UHGV virus genome: UHGV-0096616
Direction: 5' to 3' (one strand)
Origin: a virus
DNA: 42,863 nt
The position numbers were made by a program, and so were the translations under genes. Under the pieces are notes generated by a model that was given only the letters and a program-made list of their open reading frames with translations, ran no database searches and was not told where the DNA came from. Below, piece by piece: positions 26,941 to 36,002 of this stretch; the first letter of the stretch is position 1; every line of letters starts with the position of its first letter.

Positions 26941-28412
26941 GCATATGGATCGTACTCGGTAAGCGCCTTGCCTTGCTGGTTCTGCTGCCCGGGAAGTCGC
27001 AGGCGCTTTGACACCGGGAAAGCAAACGTCAGCAGTAGCGCATCGCCTTTACCCGGCGAACGCCCAAGCCGCTCCTTGATATCTTCCTTCGGTTCGATAA
27101 CGATTTTACCGTCCACTCGAACTTTGTACTCTGCCGCCGACAGGTCGTCCGCTGTTTCCTGGTCATCCAGCATGCCGCCCAGCCTCAGCCATGTCTTGCA
27201 TGCATTGAACATCTCCCCACGCTTGTTAAGCATCTGCGGGTCAGTGGACGCACCGCCGAACGGAACAAGTTGCCATGTACGTCCCCAGCCATCACCGATT
27301 GACTTCAAACCGGTTCCGTAACCGAAGTCGATGAACACCGCGTCAGCCTGGTACTGGTCTTCAAAGTCAGCGATACGCTTCGCCATAATCAGATCGTCGG
27401 TGGTCTTGTTGCCAGTCCACAACACCTTACTGTGCAGCCCCTGCCGCAGGTATATCACAGCGTCATCAACGCCGGAGTATGCAGGGTCAACGCCGATTAT
27501 CACCGGAGCATGTGCCACCTGCGCAGCAGTTACCACCCGTTTCATTGCCTCGTCAGTAAGACCGGTAGGGATAAACTGCAATTCAGATGCATCAGGGAAT
27601 ATGCCGCGCACACGGATTTTAACGAAGTCGCTGTCTTCCCCGTAGTCATCAACCCATTTCTGCAACTGCTGTTTGTTGGTGCCTTCCACCGTCCGGCTGT
27701 CAATCTGCGCAGTTTTCCAGCGGTGTTTATATTTGCGGAAACATTCGCGGAAACGCCCGGTATTACGCGTCGGGTTCCCGAACGCCACCCAGATGATTTC
27801 GGTGTCTTCGTCCGTCAGCGCACCCTCTGCTACCTCCCACACCAGATCGGCAATGTTGGATGCTTCGTCGAAAACCACGATGATGCGTTTGCGCTCGTTG
27901 TGTAGTCCGGCGAATGCCTCAGTGTTGTGCTCAGACCAGGGGATTGCGTCAGCTCGCCACCGCTTGTCGTGCCCAGGATCATTGCTGTACATCGCGGTAG
28001 CGGTACAGGTAAACCAGTCTTTCGTGATGGCAAGGTTCGACCACTTGATAATTTCCGGCCAGGTCTTCGTTCGTAGCTGGTTGTCGGTGTTGGCGGTCAC
28101 CACGACCTTACAATCCTCGCAAGTGGACATGCCCCAGTTGATCAGCATTGAGATGAATGCGGATTTACCAATACCGTGACCAGAAGCGCGTGCCAGCATA
28201 AGCGGCTGATATCGCGTCTCTGGATTCTGCAGGTGATCACGTATCTCTCGGAACGCATCGGCCTGCCACTGACGTGGACCGGTGGCATGTGCCAGTTCAG
28301 TACCCTCTTCCCCCCACGGGAACGCATAGAGGGCATAGCCAAGCGGATCGTGAGTGAACCCTGCAATATCCTCGATCAACTGCTCTTCAGGAGATAACGC
28401 TGTATCTGTCAC
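26937..28412 (-). CDS. terL: terminase large subunit (491 aa)
   Basis: Walker A-like ASGHGIGKS in the N-terminal ATPase, acidic nuclease-type C-terminal half, position after terS. Confidence 0.85.
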   Translation of the reverse strand: MTDTALSPEEQLIEDIAGFTHDPLGYALYAFPWGEEGTELAHATGPRQWQADAFREIRDHLQNPETRYQPLMLARASGHGIGKSAFISMLINWGMSTCEDCKVVVTANTDNQLRTKTWPEIIKWSNLAITKDWFTCTATAMYSNDPGHDKRWRADAIPWSEHNTEAFAGLHNERKRIIVVFDEASNIADLVWEVAEGALTDEDTEIIWVAFGNPTRNTGRFRECFRKYKHRWKTAQIDSRTVEGTNKQQLQKWVDDYGEDSDFVKIRVRGIFPDASELQFIPTGLTDEAMKRVVTAAQVAHAPVIIGVDPAYSGVDDAVIYLRQGLHSKVLWTGNKTTDDLIMAKRIADFEDQYQADAVFIDFGYGTGLKSIGDGWGRTWQLVPFGGASTDPQMLNKRGEMFNACKTWLRLGGMLDDQETADDLSAAEYKVRVDGKIVIEPKEDIKERLGRSPGKGDALLLTFAFPVSKRLRLPGQQNQQGKALTEYDPYA

Positions 28413-29005
28413 TGATTACCATCCTGACGTTCTTTGAGTCGCTTCCTGGCTGCTGCTATGCGATCAGCAATTGTCACATTCACATTAACATCCAGACGTT
28501 CTTTGAACGCGTTGACATCAACATGCTTACCAATCAGTTCTAGGTTCTTCACCTTGTCAGGCCATTTAATTTTTTTGAGGATTGTCTCTATCGAATCCTC
28601 GTTCATGTTCATGATGGTCGATGACAGATCAAAGCCACTAAGCGTAGTGCGCCAGATTTTCGGCCACTCACGGATTGGTTTAAGGCTCCCATCGTCGTTG
28701 AGGATATCGATCACGTCCATCTGGTCGATCTCCACCAAGCGCATGAGAACGTAATCAGCACTGACGCGCATTCGTTTGTTGCGCTCCTCCATCAACTCGG
28801 CAATCCGTTTTTGAATGCGTTCATCGCGCATCATGACACTGGCTTTAACTGCCGCTGTATTTGGGGAGAATCCTGCGTTAATCGCAGCCTGAGTCTGGTT
28901 TTCAGGCGTTTTGATGTATGACTGGCAATAAGCCTCCTGCATTGCTGTGAGCGGCTTAAATTGCGTTGATTTGCGTTTATAGGTTTTAGGTTCAGCAGGC
29001 ATCAT
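28409..29005 (-). CDS. terS: terminase small subunit (about 198 aa)
   Basis: Overlaps the terL start; start moved to MMPAEP because the longer track N-terminus is translated from operator-like repeats. Confidence 0.6.
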   Translation of the reverse strand: MMPAEPKTYKRKSTQFKPLTAMQEAYCQSYIKTPENQTQAAINAGFSPNTAAVKASVMMRDERIQKRIAELMEERNKRMRVSADYVLMRLVEIDQMDVIDILNDDGSLKPIREWPKIWRTTLSGFDLSSTIMNMNEDSIETILKKIKWPDKVKNLELIGKHVDVNAFKERLDVNVNVTIADRIAAARKRLKERQDGNQ

Positions 29006-29021
29006 AACCACCGTGGTAATA

Positions 29022-29038
29022 GTTACCGTTGTGGTAAT
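29022..29038. promoter_or_regulatory. palindrome GTTACCGTTGTGGTAAT (site 6) at the start of the late operon
   Basis: TTACC-N5-GGTAA dyad 17 bp upstream of the terS start, with extra GGTAAT half-sites nearby. Confidence 0.45.
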
Positions 29039-29044
29039 AGTACC

Positions 29045-29074
29045 ATGCAAAATAAAGCCGCCATAGTTGGCGGC
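29045..29074 (-). terminator. intrinsic terminator on the - strand upstream of terS (GCCGCC-aactat-GGCGGC then TTTATTTTG)
   Basis: Hairpin plus U-rich tract. Confidence 0.5.
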
Positions 29075-29123
29075 AGTATTCAAAACCCGTCAAATTCATC
29101 ATGCATAATCTACTCGTGACATG

Positions 29124-29471
29124 TCACACTATTAATTTCGTTTCATGCCAGCCTTTAGTCACCCAGCATTGCGAGTCACCATTACACGGGCATGAATTAA
29201 CTGGAACTCTCTCGCCGCACTTACCGCAACGTTTTCTGCTGATCGATTTTATACGCCCGCGCACACGTGCATCATCCTGGCGGATCAGCAGCGCGATGTA
29301 CTCGGCCATTTCATAGGGATCGCGACCAGGGCGCCGGGCGGCGCAGTTCCGCGCTAGCATTTCCTGCTCCTGCTTATCCAGCACCAGTTCAATTTTGCGC
29401 TCACCGGCGGCGGACTGCCGAGCGCGCTGCGCGGCTTTGCGTTCTGCGGGGGATTTAGCCACGAATCGCAC
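29124..29471 (-). CDS. hypothetical basic protein with C-terminal Cys-rich zinc-ribbon-like motif (115 aa); possible late-gene regulator
   Basis: Motif CGKCG...CPC; last gene before the late-operon control region. Confidence 0.4.
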   Translation of the reverse strand: MRFVAKSPAERKAAQRARQSAAGERKIELVLDKQEQEMLARNCAARRPGRDPYEMAEYIALLIRQDDARVRGRIKSISRKRCGKCGERVPVNSCPCNGDSQCWVTKGWHETKLIV

Positions 29472-29576
29472 TCCACGCCAGATTGATTAATGACTCCCAG
29501 GTAATATAAACCCGGATACCAGCAGCCAGGCCGAAACCAATCACCATGGCATAAAGCAGAGCGTTGCACTTGTTCA

Positions 29577-30368
29577 TCACTTCACCTCCTGCGGCGGTTC
29601 TGGTAGAGGCATCCAGTGGGTTACACCGCCAATTGGCTCATCGTCGTACTCCAATGCGGCTATATAGAACCCGTCACGACGAGAATAAGAAATCCCGGAC
29701 ATTACAATGCCATCCGAAACAACAATAATGTCACCCGTTTCTTTCGGCATTCGCTCACTACAGCTTATCCAACCATCCGGAGTCACCGGAAGCGAGAACG
29801 GCAGCACATCTCTGTGAACAAGTTTTTGCTGTGACAGGTTATCCAGAACTTTCTGTACTGCTGCATCACCGAATACACCAAGCGCATCTGCCATAACTCC
29901 TACAACCTGATAAGCCTCAGCGCATACCGTGGATAAACCATCCGGAATTACCGGAGAGTTGCCGGGTTCTTTAATGTGCAAGCGAGGCTCACCATCTTTT
30001 GGTTCAGGCCACTGGCGCTCCATGTTGATCTTCAATTTATCTTCCATAGCAGCGGTAATTTCAGCATCGCTGATGCCAGCACGGCGCTGTGCATCCCACA
30101 ACAGAAACTGCATATCAGCCCACTCGCTAAGATCGTCTGGTTCGGCTGCGGCTTCCAGTGCCTCTTTTGAGAGGTGTTTCAGTGGACCAATGGGGCCAAC
30201 GCAGCCAAATGTGGAGTCAGACCATTTGGCATGCTCGTGGCGAATCTGTTCGCGTTCCAGTGATGCCAGTGCAATTCGTGCCAGTTCCACTTGTTCGCCA
30301 CGAGTAAGCCCGTTTTCAAGCGGATTTTTAATGAATAATTCGATACGTTCTTTGGTAATAGTGGTCAT
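29577..30368 (-). CDS. hypothetical prophage protein (263 aa), possible DUF551-type C-terminal domain
   Basis: C-terminal HWMPLPEPP-like motif as recalled for DUF551. Confidence 0.4.
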   Translation of the reverse strand: MTTITKERIELFIKNPLENGLTRGEQVELARIALASLEREQIRHEHAKWSDSTFGCVGPIGPLKHLSKEALEAAAEPDDLSEWADMQFLLWDAQRRAGISDAEITAAMEDKLKINMERQWPEPKDGEPRLHIKEPGNSPVIPDGLSTVCAEAYQVVGVMADALGVFGDAAVQKVLDNLSQQKLVHRDVLPFSLPVTPDGWISCSERMPKETGDIIVVSDGIVMSGISYSRRDGFYIAALEYDDEPIGGVTHWMPLPEPPQEVK

Positions 30369-30574
30369 GTGTTAATCCTCAAAACTTTATGCCCGGGCGC
30401 AAAAGTACGTGTTTTGTCTTTGCTTATTCGCCACCCGTCTTTACGGGCCTCTTTTGCACAGCCAGCCCATGACGTACCGATATACTCACCGAAGTCTGGC
30501 ACTGGATATACACCTTCCGTACACTGGCGGCAGTCACAATAGAGATGCATGGTGTAACTTGCGGCAATAGACAT
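30365..30574 (-). CDS. small Cys-rich hypothetical protein (~69 aa)
   Basis: ATG with AAGGA RBS; the longer track ORF has no RBS. Confidence 0.3.
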   Translation of the reverse strand: MSIAASYTMHLYCDCRQCTEGVYPVPDFGEYIGTSWAGCAKEARKDGWRISKDKTRTFAPGHKVLRINT

Positions 30575-30763
30575 ATCAGGATCCTTTAGTGCGCAAGTGT
30601 TTTTTCCAGCGGTTTTGCGCCGCGCTGCGCTTCTCTTTGACTCCCTCTCTGGCAATTCCAGAATATAAGTACAACACCACACGGCGATTGCTAACTCTCA
30701 ACCACTGGCTGGGATGGCAACGTCTGTATACACGGGAAATAAGCATCTTTGCTTTACGGTTTT

Positions 30764-31948
30764 TCATCGTTTTGCTCTCCTGCGTTTCTTTGCTGCTCGT
30801 CTCGCCGCTGCAATACCGGTATGGCGGCGCTTTGGTGCCGGGATGATGTTGTCAGCCATCAGGACATACGGCTTTGCAATTAGCGCAGAATCCCAAACGG
30901 CGCGGATTGCAGCGATGACTTCAGAAACTTTGTATGCCATTACCGTTTGGTAATCATCGTGAAAATCTGTTCGATGAAGCATGCTGCTACGTTCCGGGAG
31001 CGTTATTTCCCGAGCATCCAGTTCCTTAACGCGTTCCTCCAGTTCGTAGACCCTGCATTGCTCTCTATCATCAATCAGATATAACCCAAGACATTCGCTT
31101 TCTACCCAACCGCCAAAATCATGATCGTAACGCTCACATGAAAACTCACCGTCACCGTCCTTTGTTGGAATGGTGTAACTGTCTAATGGGCCACCGTACG
31201 TCGGCACATTTCCTAATGTCGGATGCTCAATCCACATAAAAAATGCACGTCCGGTTATTGGGCAAATATCTGGCCGCCATTGGTTACGAACAGCGTTGGT
31301 TTCTGATAATTCTTCAGCGTGTTGTTTTACTTCCTCAAGCTCAACACGCAGCTTCCCTACCGTAAGCGCAATATCCTCGTTCTCCTGGTCGCGGCGTTTG
31401 ATGTATTGCTGGTTTCTTTCCAGTTCATCCAGCAGCGCCTGCACTACTTCAGGGTTGAAAGCTGCGATATAACGAGCGTTGTTCTCTGCGTTGTTCTGTC
31501 CATCAAAGCCGGTCCATTTGATAACGTCTTCACATCGTTTATCACCAGGTGTATGCACCGCATATGTACCAGTACCAGACGAAATAAATGCGACCCATTC
31601 ACCCTGTGTTGCCAGTTGCGCCGCTTCACGCAATGCCTGATAGTCAATCTTGTTCACTGGTGTCTCCCTTGCAGGGCTTTCGAATGTATCAAACTCAAAC
31701 AACTTAACCACGTCATCAAACAGGACATAATCGCCATCAGGATCTTCAGTCATGTCAGCGCCACAATCCTGACCGAACGAGTCACAACCATCCATATCAA
31801 GCTCGTATCGCTTCAGGTTTGCGATATTTGATAAATTCAGCGCCAGTACAGCTAGGGCATAAACCTCGTCAGCGGTATACCCTGCACCATGTCCATACAT
31901 TTCAATACGGGATATGATTTCTTCTACACGTTGTTTTGTGATCGTCAT
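30764..31948 (-). CDS. Ead/Ea22-like early protein (394 aa)
   Basis: NARYIAAFNPEVVQALLDELERN segment recalled as typical of enterobacterial prophage Ea22-like proteins. Confidence 0.45.
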   Translation of the reverse strand: MTITKQRVEEIISRIEMYGHGAGYTADEVYALAVLALNLSNIANLKRYELDMDGCDSFGQDCGADMTEDPDGDYVLFDDVVKLFEFDTFESPARETPVNKIDYQALREAAQLATQGEWVAFISSGTGTYAVHTPGDKRCEDVIKWTGFDGQNNAENNARYIAAFNPEVVQALLDELERNQQYIKRRDQENEDIALTVGKLRVELEEVKQHAEELSETNAVRNQWRPDICPITGRAFFMWIEHPTLGNVPTYGGPLDSYTIPTKDGDGEFSCERYDHDFGGWVESECLGLYLIDDREQCRVYELEERVKELDAREITLPERSSMLHRTDFHDDYQTVMAYKVSEVIAAIRAVWDSALIAKPYVLMADNIIPAPKRRHTGIAAARRAAKKRRRAKR

Positions 31949-32427
31949 TTTTGCTCATCTCCCTGTTCTTCCAGAAAAATACGCATAGCCTCAAGCATCT
32001 TTTCGGTGTCATACGGAGACAGCTTGTCACGCAGGATGTGTTCAATGCTGTTAATGAACTTGCGGATTGCTTTGCGTTCAATTTCAGCCAGGAAGGCGTC
32101 GGTGGCTGGGGTTTCTGGTGCGTGCATAATTGCTACCAGCATTGCGTCATGCATACAGTCAATGTTGCAACAACCAACTGCTTCTGCTGTTTTAAATTCA
32201 CGATACATGTTGCTGAACGCATCAGTTTTGCACCATGCGTTTATATCCTTAAATGTCGCATTCTCCGCTGCCAGCGCATTAGCACGTACCAGTTGCACTT
32301 CCAGTTGCGTTGCCAAATCGCTGATCAGCTTTGCCACACTGCGCATATCAACGGCACCACATTCTGCTTTCAGTTCCGAAGCCATCTCATGCCCGGCGGC
32401 AACTAACCATTTGATATTACTTTCCAT
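31945..32427 (-). CDS. hypothetical early protein (160 aa)
   Basis: ORF in early operon, overlapping the upstream stop. Confidence 0.45.
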   Translation of the reverse strand: MESNIKWLVAAGHEMASELKAECGAVDMRSVAKLISDLATQLEVQLVRANALAAENATFKDINAWCKTDAFSNMYREFKTAEAVGCCNIDCMHDAMLVAIMHAPETPATDAFLAEIERKAIRKFINSIEHILRDKLSPYDTEKMLEAMRIFLEEQGDEQK

Positions 32428-32488
32428 CTTTACCCTCGCTTATCCACATAACTTATTGATAACATTGATAACTAAAAAGATCGTCGAT

Positions 32489-32833
32489 TCAGAACTCTTC
32501 GATGATCCAGCCACCACCTGCTTTCTTTGGTTTAACAGTTACCCCGATGATTCGGAACGGATACTGATCTGCGGCGACTTTGGTTTTCACCCTGGCGTCG
32601 TCGGTCCAGAAACCTTTCACTTCGTGCAGTTCCATCTCGCCGGTGGCGAGCATCACAGCAAAATCGGGCGTATAGAACGTGTTGTCAGCTAACCGCAGCT
32701 TGATACCCTCAAATCGATACCAGACGATTTCTCCTGCACGTTTACGCAGCTCAAGGTGCTGGCAATACGCAGATTCTGTTTTGTTCATCTGACCTGTTTT
32801 GAGTCGACCAAGAGCCTGTATCTGTTTTCTCAT
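32489..32833 (-). CDS. small PD-(D/E)XK-like nuclease (DUF1064-like, 114 aa)
   Basis: YTPDF...ELHEVKG arrangement (D...E-x-K); operator half-site doubles as RBS. Confidence 0.45.
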   Translation of the reverse strand: MRKQIQALGRLKTGQMNKTESAYCQHLELRKRAGEIVWYRFEGIKLRLADNTFYTPDFAVMLATGEMELHEVKGFWTDDARVKTKVAADQYPFRIIGVTVKPKKAGGGWIIEEF

Positions 32834-32835
32834 GA

Positions 32836-32852
32836 TTTACCTCTGAGGTAAT
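32836..32852. promoter_or_regulatory. palindrome TTTACCTCTGAGGTAAT (site 7)
   Basis: Dyad immediately upstream of the 32833 start. Confidence 0.5.
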
Positions 32853-32897
32853 TAAAAACCACATAAGACACGAAATCAATAGATTTTAGAATATTTT

Positions 32898-32914
32898 ATT
32901 ACCTAACAGGTAAT
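32898..32914. promoter_or_regulatory. palindrome ATTACCTAACAGGTAAT (site 8)
   Basis: Perfect dyad 62 bp from site 7 in the same intergenic region. Confidence 0.5.
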
Positions 32915-32950
32915 TGTTGAGGCGTAAAAAAATGCGCTATCGCGCTGGTA

Positions 32951-33751
32951 TTACTTGATAAATCCTGCCGCCTTTCCTCGCCTGTATTCCTCCATCAGCC
33001 ACTGCGCCGGTGTTATTCCACCAAGGGTGGCGGCGTTAGGCATGCACCCGAAACTTCGCCCTGGTGGATGGTAAACGTCTCTCCCTGTGTCCGGAGGTGT
33101 ACTCATGGGTTCTGGCTTTGCCTGTATGCTGATCACCGGATCGGGTATCTGCTGTCCGGAAGCCACCTTTTTCGCCCAATCATCGAGCAGCCTGCGCGCG
33201 TGTTTCTCAACCTCAATCTCGCTAAGCTGGCGCTGATACATTGCACGGCGGGTATCACATACGACCCAGTACATAACCGGATGTCGCCACGGGAATCTTT
33301 CGGGACCACCAGGATATAAACTTTTTTCCTTGCTGTACCGGTTAAACTCCGCCATCACATCGTCAATGGTGACGCCAAGAACCATCTTGCTGTCTTTACA
33401 CCACTTGATGAATTGCCCAGGCGACGGCCAGAACGGAGATTCACTGGCGCGGGCGTGGCGCATACCAGCAGAAACCTGTTCACGGGTTCGGATCCCCCCT
33501 TCGGCAAACGCAGCAATCCACTGCTGTTTTGCAGCGACTTCCTGCTCTGGCGTCTTCAGGTTGGTTACCACTGCCGCCGGAAACAGTTGTTTCAGCTGTT
33601 TGAAAAGGGCATCAACAAGCCTCTCTGCTGACATGTTCACCACATTGTCATTGTTGACGTACTGATGCTCATAACCTGACATGCGAGAAAGGGCTTCTCC
33701 GTCACGGTTTTGTATCGCGGTAAAAACGTTGTTCACAAGAAATCCTCCCAT
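32951..33751 (-). CDS. replication protein P-like (helicase loader), 266 aa
   Basis: Strong resemblance to lambda P as recalled: AGMRHARASESPFWPSPGQFIKWC vs lambda AGMRVARRQNRPFLPSPGQFVAWC, plus flanking conserved blocks. Confidence 0.7.
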   Translation of the reverse strand: MGGFLVNNVFTAIQNRDGEALSRMSGYEHQYVNNDNVVNMSAERLVDALFKQLKQLFPAAVVTNLKTPEQEVAAKQQWIAAFAEGGIRTREQVSAGMRHARASESPFWPSPGQFIKWCKDSKMVLGVTIDDVMAEFNRYSKEKSLYPGGPERFPWRHPVMYWVVCDTRRAMYQRQLSEIEVEKHARRLLDDWAKKVASGQQIPDPVISIQAKPEPMSTPPDTGRDVYHPPGRSFGCMPNAATLGGITPAQWLMEEYRRGKAAGFIK

Positions 33752-34548
33752 GCTTCAGGGCTGTTCCAGTGCGGAACGTTGTTATCAGGTAATGTTGATT
33801 GCTTCTGTCTGCTAATCTGCAGCCGCCTTGCCAGCTTCTGCTCCCACTGTGCCTGATGGTATGCCTTACCCTCAGCCATCCAGTAAATTCTGAACTCTGC
33901 AAGTTCCTGTGCCGTTGGCAGACTGTCCAGGTAGATCCCCTGCAATGAGCTTTTCCGAAGAAAGTCATCTGATGGCTGCCATTGTTCATGCATGACAAAT
34001 TTGCCTAATTGCCCTGGCCCACCAGGAGGAACAAAGTTATTCATCACGGCGTTGTTTGCGCCGGGGTCATGAGGCACAGAACCTCGGGTTTTTGTCCTGC
34101 TCTCCCTCTCTTGGTTAAATGACTGGTTATATGACTGGTTCTGGATCCCGTTTTTGGGATCATTCAACATCCCGTTTTTGGGATCATTCAACATCCCGTT
34201 TTTGGGTATATTCCCGTTTTCGGTAACATTACCGTTTTCGGGTTCATTGCCCCCCTCCCGGTTGCCTTTAATGTTCCCGTTTTTGGTTATATTAAGAGAG
34301 AAAACCCGCACTCTTTTTGTCGCTCCCTTTCTCTCTCCGGTATCTGAAATAAGCCCCATTTTCATGAGCGATATAAGCCCGGCCTGCACGGTTTTTTTAT
34401 TCAGGCAAGTGTCTTTAACGAGGCGTTCTATGCTGGGGTAGCAGAGGTTATATTCATCGGCTCTGTCAGCCATCGAGAGCAGTATGAGCTTTAATGATGA
34501 GCTACCTGGATCTGTCTCCCAGGCCCAATCTGTTGCATGTCTGCTCAT
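33733..34548 (-). CDS. replication initiator O-like protein (271 aa): N-terminal winged-helix, Asn/Gly-rich repeat linker, DnaT-like C-terminal domain
   Basis: Immediately upstream of the P-like gene; contains DNA iterons; domain architecture. Confidence 0.6.
   Translation of the reverse strand: MSRHATDWAWETDPGSSSLKLILLSMADRADEYNLCYPSIERLVKDTCLNKKTVQAGLISLMKMGLISDTGERKGATKRVRVFSLNITKNGNIKGNREGGNEPENGNVTENGNIPKNGMLNDPKNGMLNDPKNGIQNQSYNQSFNQERESRTKTRGSVPHDPGANNAVMNNFVPPGGPGQLGKFVMHEQWQPSDDFLRKSSLQGIYLDSLPTAQELAEFRIYWMAEGKAYHQAQWEQKLARRLQISRQKQSTLPDNNVPHWNSPEAWEDFL
34147..34300. repeat. iteron array, putative origin of replication (about 6 copies of CCCGTTTT(T/C)GG.., two identical 24-bp units)
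   Basis: Tandem repeats with internal dyad (ATCCCgtttttGGGAT) inside the O-like gene, as in lambda ori. Confidence 0.5.
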
Positions 34549-34563
34549 GATTAATCTCCGCTA

Positions 34564-34764
34564 TCAGCTTGAATGTTGTGGGGAGGAATTAATCATGATC
34601 TGCTTAATCTCTGCCCTGATACGACGGTTTGATTCCATGGTGCACTCAACACAGTGTCCGTTGTAAACCCAGCGTTCACTGTCATGTCCGTGCTTACATG
34701 TTTTTCCGGTGTAGTAGCGTTTAAGTCCGCGCTTTGCGGCATCAATACGTGTAATGATTTCCAT
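34564..34764 (-). CDS. small Cys/His-rich hypothetical protein (~66 aa), possible zinc-finger regulator
   Basis: CKHGH...HCVEC motif; between the cro-like and O-like genes; start uncertain. Confidence 0.3.
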   Translation of the reverse strand: MEIITRIDAAKRGLKRYYTGKTCKHGHDSERWVYNGHCVECTMESNRRIRAEIKQIMINSSPQHSS

Positions 34765-34843
34765 GGTAAGCCCTGTTATTAGTATTGGGATTACGGTCAT
34801 TTTGTGCTGACACAAAAAAAAGATCAACCATATTTGGTTTTTT

Positions 34844-34860
34844 ATTACCTTTGAGGTACG
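34844..34860. promoter_or_regulatory. palindrome ATTACCTTTGAGGTACG (site 9, one mismatch)
   Basis: Dyad between the cro-like gene and the next early gene. Confidence 0.4.
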
Positions 34861-34914
34861 AATAGATATGAAAAGACCGCCGGGTGGCGGTCTACAGAGG
34901 GTTGTAGCTGGATA

Positions 34915-35145
34915 TCATGAGTAGAAGAAGTATGCCAGTTCTGCTTTTGAGCGCAGCCATTGTCTTGTTTTACAGGCTTTAAAAAGCCCATTCATCAATA
35001 CTTTACCTGGCATTTTGCGCTTACCTGTTAAGTGAGTCTGGATATAGTGACTCGTCGTTCCGGCTTCCTGTGCGAAGGCTTCACGCTCATCCGGAGTAAG
35101 TGCAAGCCAGTGCTTTTTGAAATCGAAATGTCCGTTATCGCTCAT
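34915..35145 (-). CDS. Cro-like small HTH regulator (76 aa)
   Basis: Small basic HTH protein, first gene of the leftward early operon, divergent from the repressor. Confidence 0.5.
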   Translation of the reverse strand: MSDNGHFDFKKHWLALTPDEREAFAQEAGTTSHYIQTHLTGKRKMPGKVLMNGLFKACKTRQWLRSKAELAYFFYS

Positions 35146-35228
35146 AGCTATTGCCTGATATTTATTTCAGATAATAAATATTCACCCATAAGGTAACAAA
35201 AATCAAGGATAGTTACCCATGAGGTGCA

Positions 35229-35245
35229 TTTACCTGTTGGGTAAT
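35229..35245. promoter_or_regulatory. palindrome TTTACCTGTTGGGTAAT (site 10) in the repressor/cro divergent region, with extra GGTAAC/GTTACC half-sites at 35192-35218
   Basis: Dyad in the 154-bp intergenic switch region. Confidence 0.5.
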
Positions 35246-35299
35246 ATTGCTTTAAATTGAATCATCTACTGATTCATATATGAGGCGATTTTCCAGAAA

Positions 35300-35884
35300 A
35301 TGAAAAGTATCCAGGACGTCCGCAGGCAAAATCTCAACGACTTGATCGACCGTGAATTCAATGGTGTTCAGACGCGGATGGCTGAAAAACTTGGAACTCA
35401 GGCAAATCTGGTAAACCGCTGGGCTCTTGGTAAGAAGGTTATCGGCGATCAGGTTGCGCGAAAAATTGAAGCTGCCGCCAATAAACCCCGTAACTGGCTT
35501 GATATCGATCGCTCGCTTTCTCAGGAAGGTTTTCAGCCTGTCGGCCCAAGCGACATTGGCCAGCTGGCGGCTCACAACCTGGAACGCTGGATGAGCGAAA
35601 GCCGCGACCTTTCAACACAGGGAAAACTTCACCGCGCATCCGGCGTAGCCCAGGTGACAATCAGCCGCCTGTTAAACAATGAGGTCAGCGTTTCCATTTC
35701 CACCCTGGAGAATGTTGCATCCGCATTCGGGCGTCACGGCTATGAATTACTGATTCACCCGCACGACCCTGCGACCATCAACTATGATCGCTCGCGCTAC
35801 GCATTGTTACCCGAAACCGAGAAAGCAAAGATCGAAAGTTACATTGAATTTGTCATCAACCAGAACGAAAAAAACAAACAATAA
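35300..35884 (+). CDS. CI-like prophage repressor with two HTH domains and no S24 peptidase domain (194 aa)
   Basis: Two XRE-type HTH segments; divergent from cro-like operon; followed by a terminator. Confidence 0.6.
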   Translation: MKSIQDVRRQNLNDLIDREFNGVQTRMAEKLGTQANLVNRWALGKKVIGDQVARKIEAAANKPRNWLDIDRSLSQEGFQPVGPSDIGQLAAHNLERWMSESRDLSTQGKLHRASGVAQVTISRLLNNEVSVSISTLENVASAFGRHGYELLIHPHDPATINYDRSRYALLPETEKAKIESYIEFVINQNEKNKQ

Positions 35885-35904
35885 AACCATATTTTTCAGT
35901 AAGT

Positions 35905-35930
35905 AAGCCGCCTTATGGCGGCTTTTTTAT
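35905..35930 (+). terminator. intrinsic terminator (AAGCCGCC-ttat-GGCGGCTT then TTTTTAT)
   Basis: Hairpin plus T-run after the repressor stop. Confidence 0.7.
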
Positions 35931-35940
35931 TGCCTATTCG

Positions 35941-35957
35941 ATTACCTAACGGGTAAT
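35941..35957. promoter_or_regulatory. palindrome ATTACCTAACGGGTAAT (site 11)
   Basis: Perfect dyad upstream of -35 TTGACA (35976-35981). Confidence 0.5.
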
Positions 35958-36002
35958 TTTTTTAACTCATATCTATTGACATCAAACCATATACGCATAA
36001 TT

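Noticed and set aside
29006-29083. N-terminal extension of the terS ORF (GTITTTVTITTVV...)
   Set aside because: Low-complexity peptide produced by translating the operator-like GGTAAT repeats; start moved to the internal Met
34147-34300. Tandem direct repeats that could be mistaken for a CRISPR array
   Set aside because: Units are contiguous with no unique spacers, lie inside a coding frame, and no cas genes are present; interpreted as ori iterons
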